Counted from the first letter of the stretch, positions 12,699 through 26,495 are shown. The stretch: 64,000 nt of DNA from Geosiphon pyriformis uo1 (GCA_016748015.1 JAAOMT010000697.1:690868-754867); one strand, 5' to 3'. Notes: generated from the sequence alone by a model not told the origin. Numbers and translations: made by a program.

Positions 12699-13569
12699 TA
12701 TTACTTATAGAATATAGGAAGTATATTAGCATATAAATTAGCCAATCAGAAGTAGTCATAATAAATGTGGAATTCTAGGATTTCTCTTAAAAGAAATCAC
12801 AGGATTTCAAGAATTTCAAGATTCTTGTACAAAGAATTACAAGATTCCAAAATTCCAGGATTTCTCTCAAAAAAAATTGCAGAATTCCAGAAATTCCAAG
12901 ATTCCTGGTGTGAAAAATTGAGAAATTGAAGAATTTCAATTATGTATATATAGCAGTAGTGCTAGAAGTAGAAAAAACAGAATCTTTTAGTTAGAGACCT
13001 CTCAGTTTAGATCTGATCTAAGCAACTTTTTATTCCCAAATATCAATAAATAATTATTTATTATCTCAATCCACTCTCTACTATCAACATGAAGTGTTGA
13101 TAGTAATTGATACTTAACCATACTGGAACAATAGCTCTTAATTATGGCTATTGATGGGATACTAACTTGCAATTGCTTTTGTTTATTTCTTTATCTTCTT
13201 TTATTTTCTTTATTTCTTTTGTATTTTTTGTTGATTGACTAATTGATTAAAAATTAAAACACTGAGTTACAGACGTTATAGGAACTGGTAAAAAACTTGT
13301 GAAACAAGAGTAGAACACTCATAAATTTGAGAATAGCTTACCAAAAGGATTACCGGCCACCACACTGAGAAAGAAATTCAACAGAATTGCAATTCCAGGA
13401 GACTACTAAACAACTATTGAATCTTTGTTCATTATACAAAAGACTCAACCAAAATCTTCAGATAAAGACAAAGTACTAATTTTATTAACATCATCTATTA
13501 GACTAGTTACTAAGCACCAAGTTATGGGTTTGTTATTTGCCTTGAGACCCCAATTAATCACTTGTAACA
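12699..13569 (+). repeat. E2 3' LTR
   Basis: Follows a decayed PPT; TATTACTT (TG>TA)...TGTAACA. Confidence 0.9.
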
Positions 13570-15200
13570 ACACTTAATTTGCCAAAAGCTCTAAAAAGTA
13601 TTCTAAAAAAACCAAATAAGCATTTAAAAAAAAGTTATTTTGTAAAACAGAAAGAAATTTTTTATTAAAACCTAAAGCACCAAGAAAAAAAGAGCCAAAA
13701 TTAAAACCAAAAAACAAATTGTTAAAAACAGAAGCTGCTGAGACTATTTGAGCTTATAATTTGTTATCAAAAACAGTAAAATAAGAAATAAAAACATTTT
13801 TTTTGGCATACAACTTAGCCAGTTAAAGACAATTTTTATTCAAAACAACTTTTTTAAATACTTTTAAAGATAGAAAAATAAAAAAACCAGAAACATTATA
13901 CTTTAAAGCAAAATAACCAAAATATCCACATTTTTCACATTGAATCAAATTTATTCTAGTCCAAAAAAGTTTTATATTACCAAAAATTGGCTCTATGTAA
14001 AAAGTAAATTTTAGTTTTTTATCTGATTCAAAACCAATTACAGTACAGCAAACTCTGTTGTTAGTTTTAAATAATCAATTTATATTACAAGTTTTTCTAC
14101 CAATCTCTTTCAATAAAGCACCAAGATCATAAACAGTTGTTTTCATGAAAAAAAGAAATAAAAGAGTCTTAAATTGATTCTTAAACATTTAAATATCATG
14201 ATTTTTTACAGCTTTTGCCATACATACTAAATTTTTTTCAATTAAAAATATTTATTTTGATGCCAACAAATCAGCTTAACTTGATTTAGTAAATTTTATC
14301 ACAGCTTTTTGTCACAGTTCAATCAGTTGTAAACAGATTGACACAATTTGACCAAACTTAAATACTACAGTAATAATTATTTTTTTTGACTTATCTATAA
14401 AAATTTCTTTGATTATTACAGTTTAATCTAAGTGCACTTTTTGTTTCTTAAGATTATTGTTTATTTTAATTCTTTTTTCTTTAACCAACAATATAGTCTT
14501 ATTCATATTTTCTTTTGAAACAAATATTAATTTAATAATTTTCTCAAATTTTAAAAAAATAGTAGCCCCTCAAAACTATTAATTGTTGAAAAAAGTTTTC
14601 TAATTACTTGAGTTTTTGCTGTTACTGATTTTTTTTTAACAACTGAAAGATTAATATCTAAAGCAAAAAATTTCCTGACAGATACTTCTATTTAAGTTTT
14701 TATAATTTTGGAATCTATTCACCTTTTTTCTAGAAAGATATTAAGAAAAAAAGAAAAAAATTCTTTATTTTTATTTATTCTATAGTTAAGTATATCAATA
14801 AAAAAACCACAATCCAAGCTGGTATTAAATCTTTTAATTTTAAGAGTTATTATAGCTAAGCCAAAAAAAACCCACTATTAGCACTTATTGAGACATTATT
14901 AATTTTCTCATTACTTGATTTATCATCTATATTTGAATATATATTATTACTAAGACCAGATTTAACCAAGAAAATTTTTTTTTATTACCAAAGTACTTGA
15001 TATTATTTACAAATACTCTTTTTTTTAAGAGAAAGTACCATTAACAAAACTATAAAGAGTTCTTTTAGGTACTTTTTTCTTGGACATATTGTCATTTAAA
15101 GCAGCTTTCAGATTTATTACAAAAAAATTATTGACTTAAAAAAATATTGAAAATAATAATACTAAGATAACTAAAAACAAAAACTTCTTTTTTAAAAAAT
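13570..15200 (-). mobile_element. Highly decayed LINE ORF1 relic, interrupted by E2
   Basis: Minus strand: ATG at 15087 (MSKKKVPK), degenerate knuckle QCEKCGYFGYFAL near 13900-13950, LAKLYAKK; architecture resembles the ORF1 at 20303-22417. Confidence 0.6.
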
Positions 15201-15925
15201 TGCTCTTTAAAGAATTTTAGACATAAAAGAAAAAGAAAATTTATTTTATTAATAATTATTATATATTTTATAAATATAATTTAATTATTATTTATTTTTA
15301 TATAATATAAATATTATATATATTAAAGCTAAATTATGCTAAAATTAATACATAATTAATTATTTAAGCCAATTAAAATTATTTTAAATTAAACAAAAAA
15401 AACATAATTATTATTATTATTTTATTAATATTATTATTTAAATAATAATAAAATCACTTATTTAATTTATTATTGTTATTTTATTAATTTCAATTTTTGC
15501 TTTTTAAAAATTTAACAAATTATTGAAAATATTATTATTTATATTTACAAAATTTATTTTTAAAAACTTTTTAAACATATTAATTTTTGTTTTATTAAAA
15601 TTTTTTATTTATAATTTATTATTATTATTATTTAATAATTTGTTTTATAATAAAAGTTTTTTTAAAAAACTAATAAATTTAATTATAAATTTTATAAACA
15701 ATTTTATAATTAAAAACCAAATAATTTAAACTTTAATATTTATAATAATACTATATTTAAAAGTTTTTTACCAAAAACAATTTTTTTTAAAATATTAATT
15801 TTAATTAAAATAAGATAACAATAATATATTTTTATTAATAAATAAATTTAAAAAACCAAAAAAATAAAACAAATTTAATTATTAACTTATATAATTTTTT
15901 TTATTAAATATTTAATAAATATAAT
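15200..15925. repeat. Extremely AT-rich low-complexity tract
   Basis: Almost only A/T; no credible ORF. Confidence 0.85.
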
Positions 15926-15934
15926 CTAATTATT

Positions 15935-18900
15935 ATTTAAAGATGCAGATGGTGTTAAATGAGCCAAATTTAAGGATAATATGGCAGCAAATGCTACTAT
16001 GTTACATGAAAATTTTCTTGTGGCCAGTATGCATTCAAACCTGGATGTGATGTGAGTTGCTTTCTGTAAAGTGTTATGTCTGTCTGCTGATACAGTTTTT
16101 AAGAAGAAATGATTCAAAGACTATAATCATGTTTTCATTAAGGAGTCATCCAAATTTCACAAGCTGAAGCTCTTGGTATCAAAGTTAGTTAAGGCATCTT
16201 GTTTAGACTCTTTTGGGGAATTTACATCTTTGTTTAGCAAATGAAAGGGTTTGAATTCAGTTAATGCTTCCGTGGTGAGGTTTCTTTTTCTGTCAGGTTT
16301 CTTCTTTGATGCTATTCAATCAGTTTTGTCTAAAGTTAGGAAGTTATATTGCTCCTCCAAAATGTTGGAAGTGGAATGTGTCAGAGAATCTAGAATTAAG
16401 TCAGCAATAAATAAGAGGATGGAAAGTTTTGAATTGAACAAAGGTCATACTATTAGAAGTGTGCTGAAATGTTCCTTTCGCAAAGTGACTTTGGATTATC
16501 TAGTCATGAATAATAAATTGGTTTTAGAACCTGATCTGGTTAGAACCAAGGTGAATGTGGTCATAGAAGGGTGAACTAAAAAGCACAATGTGGTTTTTGT
16601 TGTCTCTGGTGTATGGCATTGCCAATATCAGTCTTTGGAGTATGTTTTTAATGATGTCTTTTCTAATGTGATGTGCCCAATTGATTTTGATGAGATGTCT
16701 GATGTCATCTTAAATCTGCCTGATGGAAAAGTGGCTGGTTTTTCTGGTATCTCAAATAAGTTATGGAAACATTGTGACAGATTGGTTTTGAATATGCTTT
16801 TGGTGCTTTTGAATTCTTGCTTGGATTGTGAATTTATTCCTGGGCCTTGGAAGGAGGCTTGGGTGTCAATAATCCCCAAACCATATGAGTAGAAGGGTGT
16901 TTTCACAAACACTCATCCTAATTGCTTTGATTGAGATGGCTTGCAAAATTCTCTCCAAGATTCTTTCGGACAGGATTTCTTTTGCATGCAGTAAGTTTAA
17001 TGTTTTTAGAAGGGATAATTTTTCTGTTCTAAAGGGTATGACCACACAATCTCCTATTTTCACTATTGGATCAGTTATTGAGGATGCTTTAGAAAAAAAC
17101 TATAAGCTGTGGCTGATATTGCAGGATATGCAGAAAGCTTATAATTCTGTTGGCTGAGAATATCTTAGAGAGAGCTTAGTTAGGATAAAGATGTGTGACA
17201 AGTTCATCTGGTTTTTTGGTGGCATTCATAATGGTCGGGTTAACAGGGTTATGACAGATTTTGAGTTGACTGATAGATACCAGATGCATGATGGTTTGGA
17301 CCAAGGAGAGATGTTTTCTCTTCTTCTTTGGCACATATTTTATGATCCTCTTTTGTGTGAAGTCAAGAGACAAAGAAGTGTGTATGGATACAGATTAAAC
17401 TCTTACTTCATGACCAGAACTGGTAGCTCTGAATCTTAGAATGGTTTGACTTCTTTTCTTGCTGCAAGTGTTTTTGTTGATGACATTATTTGGGTTAGTA
17501 GCAGCCAGACTGCTATGCAACATATTCTCAATATTGCTAGTGAATTTTTTTGGATTAATAACATTTCGATCAATAATGACAAAATGGTAGCCATTCCCAT
17601 TAATTGCAAAGTCTCTAAGCCTTGTTTACTGATCAGCAGTTTGCCTATTTTGATAGCCAAAAAAGAGGAGTCTTATTGATACTTGGGCATTTTTCTGTCT
17701 ACTGAAGGTTTGTTAAAGCCTAGTTTAACTAGGACCCATCTGGATGTCCGGTTTTTTATCAATCTTGTGCTAAAAAAGGCTGTTTCTAACAAACAGTTCT
17801 CGTATTTAGTGTCAGTGGTCTTTTACCCCATCATTGCATACAGAACTCAGTTTAGTTTTGTTTCTATTAATGTATGTGCAAAATGGGACATTATGATTTG
17901 CAAGGACTTGAAATCCAAATCTGGTTTGCCACGTGACTTTTCCAATGATGCTATTTACCATCTTTTTCTGTATGGTTTGAAGTCTTTTGAACAGATCCAA
18001 GCTGAAAGCAAGTCAGCTTCTGTTGTTGGTTTTGCCAATTCTGTTGATATCTTGGGCTGTTTGTTTGTGCATATATTACATAATTTGCAGGTCCTCAGCT
18101 GGCACCCTTGCCACCCCCTGCTTTTTCCTTCTCATGTTAATATCAATCCTTTGAATAACTTTTTGGCTGGTGTTGTCCAGATTTTTTTGGGGTGTGACCT
18201 TTTTCTGAGTGGTTTCATGACCAATGCTTTTCATTTTCCAAGTGGAACTCTTATGTCTGTTATTCTTAGTGACCCCACTTTTTATAATTGTGTTTTTTTG
18301 CTTTGGCATTATGAAATTGCCTTTGTTGAGCAGCTTTATAGTCATACTGATTCTGTCTTCGAATGAAGGACTTTCAAGTAGTAGAAAAGATTGGACCCTT
18401 GGAGCCCAGTTCTTCACTGGTTTAACATTTCTGTTCGCTATCTAAATGACTCTGGACCACCTTCTGTTTACAATTCTCTATTGTTATGTGATGGTTTATC
18501 CAACATTTTTGAGTCTTATGAGTTTAAAGTTGTGTGCAATTGTCTGTTGAGAGTTGATTCTGGTTATCTTTTTTTATTTACAGATGGTTCTCTGAATGGG
18601 CTGGGTACTCTGTTTTTTTTGAGGACATTAATTTGGGTTTGGATGTGAGGGTTTCCAGATTAATTTCTTTTACAATGGTGAAATTACAGGCCATTGCTCT
18701 GGCTCTTAAGTGTGTTCTTCCTTCTTATTCGGTCAACTTGTTTTCGAACAGCCAAGCTGCTTTAGATGCATGCAAGTCAGAATCCTTATTGACTTATCCA
18801 GATTTCAGAAATTGGTGTTGGATCAAGTGTCGCCATGTTACTGATGTTATTTGATACAAAAATTTGAATGTTAATTGGATTAAAGTTAGAAATTATTCTG

Positions 18901-19970
18901 ATGTTTTGGGAAATGAGCATGCTGATGCTCTTGCTGGAGCTGCTGCATTCTCTAATATGCATCTTCCTCACATGATTAATGAACATTTTCTCAAGGCTGG
19001 TGATATTACAGTGTCTGGCAATTCTAGGCATTTTGTTCATGACATTTTCCGATCTGTTCACTGTGCACACTGGGAGGTTGGTTCCAGGTCTCAAGTTTTG
19101 GTAGATAGTCTATGTGCTAATGTTGATTGGTCTAAATTTTCTTTGGTTTAGCATCCGGATTTTCATATGGCTGCTGGTTTTACTAGTGCTTGGACTGCTG
19201 GCTTGCAGACATATTTTATGAAGACATTGTATCATCATCTTTCAATTGCTGTGCATAAGCATCTATATAATAAAAGTTACCCCAGTGTAATATGTCTATT
19301 TTGTGGTAATGTTGAGGTTTGGACCATGTGTTTTTTTGTCCATTTGATGCTGCTGGTCATGCTTAGTTGGTGGAGGTTTATGCATCTGCTTGGAAGGCAT
19401 ACTCAGGCTTATCTCGCTTTTCTTTATGTGTTTTGTAGTTGCTTTCTACTTGCTTCTCTGATGTTGGTGTTGGTATAGCTCTATGTAAGGGCTTCATTTT
19501 CAAGGAGTGGTATTGTAAATCTGTTGCTGTTTTTAAAGATTCTAAGATTACAGTTCGGAATATTGTGGCCTTTGTGCATGAATTTTGTCTTGTGTTTCGT
19601 GATAATGTTTGGCTAGTACATGCTAAGCACTAGGCAGTTATGGAGAAAGGTGGCATGATTCCACGTGATAGTTCTGTTCCTGTTTCTGTCTCTAGTCTTT
19701 TTTTGGTGCTCTCGGCTGGCATGGTTATGTTGTTAAGTGTTGTGGATGCATTTAGTGTTTGTTTTGGGTTTCATGAATCTTGTTTATTCTTTTCTGGTTT
19801 AGGTGACATGGTTTCAGTGCATATAAGTGCCTAGTGTTGTCTTGACTAACCTAAGTGGCTGGTCACATATAGAAAATGCATGATTTACATCTAGTTTAGA
19901 TTATCTGTATGATGTATTGTACTAGGCAGTGTTTGGACCTTATTCATTAAAAAAAAAAAAAAAAAAAAAA
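15935..19970 (+). mobile_element. 5'-truncated LINE (non-LTR retrotransposon) with RT, RNase H, C-terminal Zn finger and poly(A) tail
   Basis: IIPKP, QDMQKAYNSV, GLDQGEMFS, VFVDDIIW (RT); FTDGS, NSQAAL, LGNEHADALA (RNase H); CLFCG; 22-nt poly(A) at 19949-19970. Confidence 0.92.
15940..19834 (+). pseudogene. LINE ORF2 remnant (RT-RNase H-Zn finger)
   Basis: Chain of + strand ORFs 16251-19834 broken by TGG/CAG/CGA-derived stops and a few frameshifts. Confidence 0.88.
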
Positions 19971-20162
19971 CTATAAACAAAATTATACAAACTATTATGT
20001 ATCTTAATATATTATTTTTTTTAAAATAAAAACAAAAATAAAAGTAAAATTATTTTTTTTATTTTTTCTATAAAAATAGTATTATTAACAAAATTATAAA
20101 TTATAAATTTTTTAAATAATAATAATAATTTTGGTAAATAACAATTATTATTATATATATAA

Positions 20163-22450
20163 TTTTTTTATTATTATTATTAGAGTTTAACAAGCAAGGC
20201 CCAACTACTATCTAATGCAATATGACTACATAGGGTCTTAAATTAGATGTAGTTCACACGTTTTCTACATGTAACCAGTTACTCGAGCCAGTTCAGGCTA
20301 TACTACATTGATGTACCAGAAGAAAACTTACCCAAAAATAACATCTTTCGAATAACCAAAAACAGAGTTGCACTACAAAAAACCAATCCAACCAGCCATT
20401 CAGCTGTTTTTAAGGCATCAGTTTTAACATCAATAGGCTCATGTTTCCAAAGGAACAACAAGTTAGAAAACACCTTATTATCCAAACTAACTGGATGTTC
20501 TGAATCACCAAACATATCAATATCCTCCATGCAGCATTCTTTTTTTAAAGAAACCACTTCCCTCCCCAACTTACCAACAATCTTACTAAAAAAACCCATA
20601 TATACCATGATCTCATTGACCTTAAGGCCAAGTTTACTGCTTAAGACCAAATCACCATTAATAAATTGCTCAAACAATTTGACCAAGAAACCAATTGGTT
20701 TAACAATAGACTCAACCAAAGTAGAAAGCTTAACCAAATCAGATTCCAAAGAAGCCAACTGGAAAGACACTAAAGAATCACCAACAATCATAGAAGAGAA
20801 AGTAGAAGCCGCCAAGGGAGGAAACTCAGAAGAATCTAGGGAAGTAGAAGCTTTTGCATAAGAAACACCACCCACAAAACGAGACTTGAAAACCTTGGGA
20901 ACTTTGGGAGTAGGAGGTGAGGAAATCTTGCAATCCACAGCCAGATGACCCATTTCTTGACACCTAAAGCAGTGCTGGCAGCCAGAAGTTTTCCACCAGA
21001 TACAACATTTCCTTAGAGTACCAGTCTTGACTACAGCAGAATCCAAATCGCCTTGAGAGTCAAATGTAACCAAAGCAAACTGGGAATAACAACCAGAATC
21101 AGAAGAACGAAAGATGAAACATGTTTGATCACCAATCTGAGAAATCATATTACTGATTTCAAAGATGATACAGCCAGAAGGAAGGTTGACCAATTTGGCC
21201 TTAAACTTATTACAAGACAAAATAGTCTCATTTTGATTCACTAAAGGGAGGATTCTAATACTATCCTTGCCCATCAAGACTGACCAATGCTTCAAGACAG
21301 ACACAGCAGAGTCTGACTTTTCAAAATAAACCACCACATACTGCTAAATGTCAGCAGGCTTCAGCACAACACGAGTAACACTACCAAATACACTGAGAGC
21401 CAACTTAACATCAGCAGCAAACACACCCAAAGATACATCATGCAGTACAACAGCAGCAGGAAGGGAACCAGATTCAGAAACCACCAAAGACTTGGCAATT
21501 TTGAGAGTGGCCAAACAAATAGAGCTTGTAAGCTCAACCAGAAACGCAGCTTCCAAAGACTGTTGAGAAGCAAACTCCACACAGAAAAGCTTCACATTGT
21601 CTTTTGAAACAGATTTAGCACCCAAGAAACCATGCACAGACTGAAAAACAGTCTTAACATGAGCCAATTTGATCTTAAAAGTAGCACCAAGCACCAGAGT
21701 AGAGGCCACCCACCCAGCAAACCTTTGACGACTAGTAATAGTTTCTCAAACACCACCAGAAGTAGCACCAAAAACTAGAGAAGGAGATGAATCAGTTTCT
21801 ATTTGATTAGCCCAGTTCTCAAAAACAGGTGACCCAACAGGAGGAGATTGTTTTGCTTCTAAAACTGGCAATAATCTGTTGGAAGACACCACATTTGGCA
21901 ACACAGCCAGTGGTTGATCTTGGCCTATCTTGGATGACATGCCAGATGATGCTATGGAGATCTCATTGGGAACCACAAAGGGGTTCGGTGTAACAATAGC
22001 AGAGGCAAGCGACTGCCCCCACTTTTCTGAACTTTTGGTCTTTTTGACCATTTTTTTTGAAGAAAAAGTGCTAGCAGCACCAGATGTTGAAGCTATAAAG
22101 AGAAATACCAGCTTATTTACTGGTCTATTATTAAAAACTTTTGGGCTTTTGGTTGGGGTGGAGGCAACACTGGGACTAATCCAGGTGTATCTCTTTAAGG
22201 GGACTTTGACTGATGAGAAACCAGCCAAAGATAAGGAAGTTGCTTTAGTGGCTACCAAAAGCAGCTTATCACGATTACTGGGTAAGGGAAAGGCTTCTAA
22301 AACGTTTTGTCTAGTTGCTTTTACAACAGAAAGAGCTCCTCTGATTGAAATTTTATTAGATATCTCAGAACAGATATTAGGTGCAGCTTTTTTACTCTTT
22401 GCTCTGGTCATGGTCATAAAATTAAAGAAACAAAGAGTTTTTCATATATA
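20163..22450 (-). mobile_element. ORF1-only LINE derivative (HAL1-like 'half-LINE') with LINE-type 3' UTR and (TAA)n-poly(A) tail
   Basis: Single ORF1 frame followed at once by a ~120-bp 3' UTR homologous to 19835-19948 and 23130-23245; tail at 20163-20182. Confidence 0.8.
20303..22417 (-). pseudogene. LINE ORF1/Gag-like protein (~704 codons, two TGG-derived stops)
   Basis: ORFs 21746-22417, 21344-21709 and 20303-21337 share one frame; RRM-like segments (LFCVEF, VVYF, FALVTF), CFRCQEMGHLAVDC knuckle, leucine-rich coiled-coil-like stretch. Confidence 0.85.
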
Positions 22451-23125
22451 ATTACAAACTATAATATATATATAAATATATAAATTATTAATAAATTGTA
22501 AAAAAATATTTAAAAATAAGAAAAATAATAATAATAAATTATTATTATTATTATTATTTTAAGTAATAACCAACTTGTTGTAAATTTTATTTAAAACACA
22601 ATAAACAAAAATTAAAAATTTTAATTTAATTATTAAAAAATAAAACAAAAATAAAAAATTATTTAAAAAGATTATAAAAGTAAAACATAATAGAATTTAT
22701 TTATTTAATTACAGTTATTATAAAAATAATTTTTCTAAACAATATAACAATTTTTATTACTTAATTAATATTATAATAAAAATAAAATTAAACAATAAAA
22801 TTAATAACTTTTTAATTAAACAAAATATAATATAAAAGATTAATAATATATGTTTTAAAAAAAAAATTTGAAATATTAATAATAAATATGTAAAAACTAT
22901 AAAAATAAACATAATTTAAAAAATTAATAATAAATATTTTAAAATAAATATAATTTATGTATTTTTTATACATAATTAATTATTTAAGTATTTAATATAT
23001 ATATATATAAACTAATTATTTATTATAAAAATATAATAAAAAGTTGGTTTAATATAATACTTTTTTAAATTAACAAAAAACTTATATATATATTTAAATT
23101 TTATTTTTATTTTTTATTTTTTTAT
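22450..23125. repeat. Extremely AT-rich low-complexity tract
   Basis: Almost only A/T. Confidence 0.85.
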
Positions 23126-26100
23126 TACATATTATGAATATGACCCAACTATTATCTAATATAATATAACTATTCAAAATTCTAAATTAAATGTGAATTA
23201 TACACTTGCTATATATAACCAGCCACCCAGCTAATTAAAACTATACTATATGACAATATTAATAATAATATTTCTTATTACACTAACAAAAAACAAATAA
23301 TCTGCTTTTAAACTAAAATTGATAGTATAACTTTCTTTTATCTTTAGCAACCTTATTATACTATTTGAAATCTTAACAGAAAGACCATAAATAATATCAA
23401 ATAAGAAGTTATCTCTATACAATAAATCTCTACAATTCATATCTGTCTAAAGTTTTAAATTAGACACATAAATTTACTCTTTATAACTAATAACCAGGCT
23501 GTATACAAAATCAACCACCTTAATTGCAACAAAATTAGCATTTTCAAAAACTGTCTTGGCTTTTACTAATCAGATCTCAAACATGAATCTCTTATACAAA
23601 ACAATATATAAACTTATGTCAAGAACACATAAAACCAATAATTAAAGAACTACAAATAAGACCAAAGATGCTACTATTAAAGACTTCTAAAAAGAAGAGC
23701 ATTTATCCAATAAATCTTAATAAGTAAACAAATCCAAGCCACAACTAAAACTGTGATCCAAAAACTCTATTTTCCTATAGTATATATATAATACACTTGG
23801 ATAATTATAATTGTATAAGTGTTTCCTAACTGTTACAGATAATTTTTTATGAACTGTTTTTATTAAATATGTATACAGGCCAGTTATTTGTTTGCTTATA
23901 TAGCCAGCCACTATATGAGAATTAAGATACTAAACCAAAATAGTGAGCTTCTAATTAATGTTACCAATACACAAAAAATCTATAACATTAACACCAAATC
24001 CAACTTTCCATTAAAAATATCTTATAATACTGTATGTATTTTTAATAAAATATTGAGCATTGTCTGAAATTACCATATTATTAGTTAATAAAATTTTTTT
24101 CTAAACATACATTGGAAGAATAATCTCCAAAAATACAGTCTGATTAGCAAGCTTATCAGCAATCTCATTGTTCAATACACTAAAATGATTTTTTATCTTT
24201 GTTCAATTTACAAAAATTCTTTTATTCTTAATTAAATTGTTAATATATTAACACTTAATTCAACACTTATTGTAAAAATTAGATGCCACCAACTTCAACT
24301 TAGCTTAATATATATCTATAGAAGTCTGACTATCAAAAAAGATTATAATGTTGAAAAAAGCTAGAACATATTCAAAAGTCAGTATTATAGTTTACAATTC
24401 AGCCAGTATTAATGACAGCAAACCATAAATTTCTATTTTTATGCCTAGACTCAGATCAAAAAAGTAAATAGCAGTACTATCAACCACTTCAAAAGATCCA
24501 AATTTCTTAATAGAGCCATCAATATATACTGAGATCTTAGGCAAAGACACATTTTTTAACTGAAAATAAACAGCACAAAAACTACTTACATCAAACACAT
24601 TTGTATTAAAACTGGAGCCAGAAGCAGATTAAAGATTATAAACCAGACTATTATCCTTAATGAATTCTAAAACCTGTATAAACCAAAAAAAAATTAGACC
24701 TTTGGGATTCAACTACTTTCAATAACAAAAATCTTTCTAGTAAAAGCACATTATATGATTATTCAAAAATTAATTTGCAAATATTATGCCAAAATACTTA
24801 AGAGACTTATAAATCTAAAAATATTTAACTTAACCCAAAATATCTATTACAGAAATCTTATCTTTGAAGTGAAAAGCATTGAACAAATTATTGTACAAAC
24901 AAATTCAATTGTGCAAAAAGATTCAAGCAATACTAACAAGAAAGTTGTTTACCAAATTGACTTTTAATTTAACTGGAAACCAAAGAAGATTACAAAAAAC
25001 TCACCCTAATATCTGCAAATTCAACAATTTATGTTGAAAAAGCCAACCAAAAATACCATAAGCATTGGCAAAGTACAATATTAATACTACTTTCCCTTCC
25101 ACTTGAATCTGATTAAAAGGCTTTAAGTTGTATAGAAATAAATAGTACATAGTCTTATTAGGAAAATTGTTTAATAGATTGGCTTTGGTCTTTAAGCCTT
25201 TTCTAATTAAACAGTCTTATATATCACATGTGCTTTTGTTAATAAAGCTGAACTAAGTTTATATTTAACAATTGGCTGCAAAACTACAAAAACCAAATAA
25301 AAAAATTGTTTGTCCAAAATGGTTTTACATAAAACCATTGACACAAAAAACTTTACATTTGAATTAGTCTTTTTTAAGCTTGAATAAAAGAATTTTTTGG
25401 TTAATAAAAAGATGTCCAAATATTAATAAACTTTACTAGTCTTAGCAATTAAAATAAAAGAACTACTTATACTCAAAAAAACATTATTAGATCTTGAGTT
25501 TATTGGAATCGCCACTTTTTTTTCTGTATTTATTAAAATGTCTATAATGTTAAAAAATTTGTTAGCAATGTTCAGAATGTTTTGTGTTATTGTATAACAA
25601 TTGTTAATCCAAATCATATCATCCATAAAAACACCAGCAGCCAGATATAAAGTTATATTTATATTTGTCTTAACTTTACCAGTTCTGAAAATAAACTTAG
25701 AATCCATATAGTATTTATAAACTGAATTGTGTTTTTTTATCTTATACAAAAGAAGATCATAAAAAATTCTTCAAAGAAGAAGTTAAAAAACTTCTTTCTA
25801 ATTTAAGTCATCATGTACTATATAACTATCAAACAAACTGAAATCTATTATTACTCTATTTCTATGACCATTGTAAATATGACCAAAAAATCTAATAAAT
25901 TTATCACATATTTTAATCCTTCTCAAACACTTTTTCAAATGTAATTATTTTACTAAATCATAAGCTTTTCTTATGTCCTAAAGTACCAATCACATCTCTT
26001 TGCCTTTTTCCAAGATATTTTTTATTATAGATCTAACAGCAAAGATAGAAAAATGAGTTAAAGTGTTTCTCAATACTGAAAAATTGTTTTCTTACAGAAC

Positions 26101-26495
26101 ATTATACTTGCTACAGACCTCAAATATTCAATTAAACAAAACTTTTGAAAAATTTTTTTTTGTAGTTTTAATAAAAGCAATTGGTTTAGTATTTATTAAA
26201 ACTCTTTTTTATTTATAAGACTTTAGAATTATTAACACTCAAGCTTTTCTTTAAACATTAAGAACAGATTCAATCTTCAAACACAAATTAAATAGACTCA
26301 AAAAAAATTTCAGAACATACTTATTATATTGTTTTCATATTTCATTGAAGATACCAAACAGTTTAATAGTTTTGTTATTAAAAAGTATATTAACTATTAA
26401 TAAAAACTTATCATGACCAATAAGCCTCATAACACTAGAAAACATATCATTCTTAATATACTTAAGAAGTGCAAACTGTCTTTCCTAATGAACAG
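23100..26495 (-). mobile_element. Older, strongly decayed LINE (ORF2 RT-RNase H-Zn finger plus 3' UTR), interrupted by E3
   Basis: Minus ORFs with AAGVFMDDMIW (RT), VYIDGSIK (RNase H), YPSVLYIYYRKIEFLDHSFSC; same 3' UTR; T-rich tail near 23100-23125. Confidence 0.85.

Larger units (their letters stand above)
4096..13569 (+). mobile_element. Ty3/Gypsy element E2 (family A); 5' LTR interrupted by E1
   Basis: LTR remnant 4096-4312 matches 13353-13569; PBS, gag-PR-dUTPase-RT-RH, IN, 3' ORF, PPT, 3' LTR. Confidence 0.92.

Noticed and set aside
15523-15729. 68-aa F/I/L/N/K-rich ORF
   Set aside because: Compositional artefact of the AT tract
15920-19990. Target-site duplication for the plus-strand LINE
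   Set aside because: No convincing direct repeat in the low-complexity flanks; the 5' boundary is approximate
20529-22451. Plus-strand ORFs (20529-20861, 21348-21566, 21930-22451)
   Set aside because: Antisense shadows of the ORF1 frame, with no motifs
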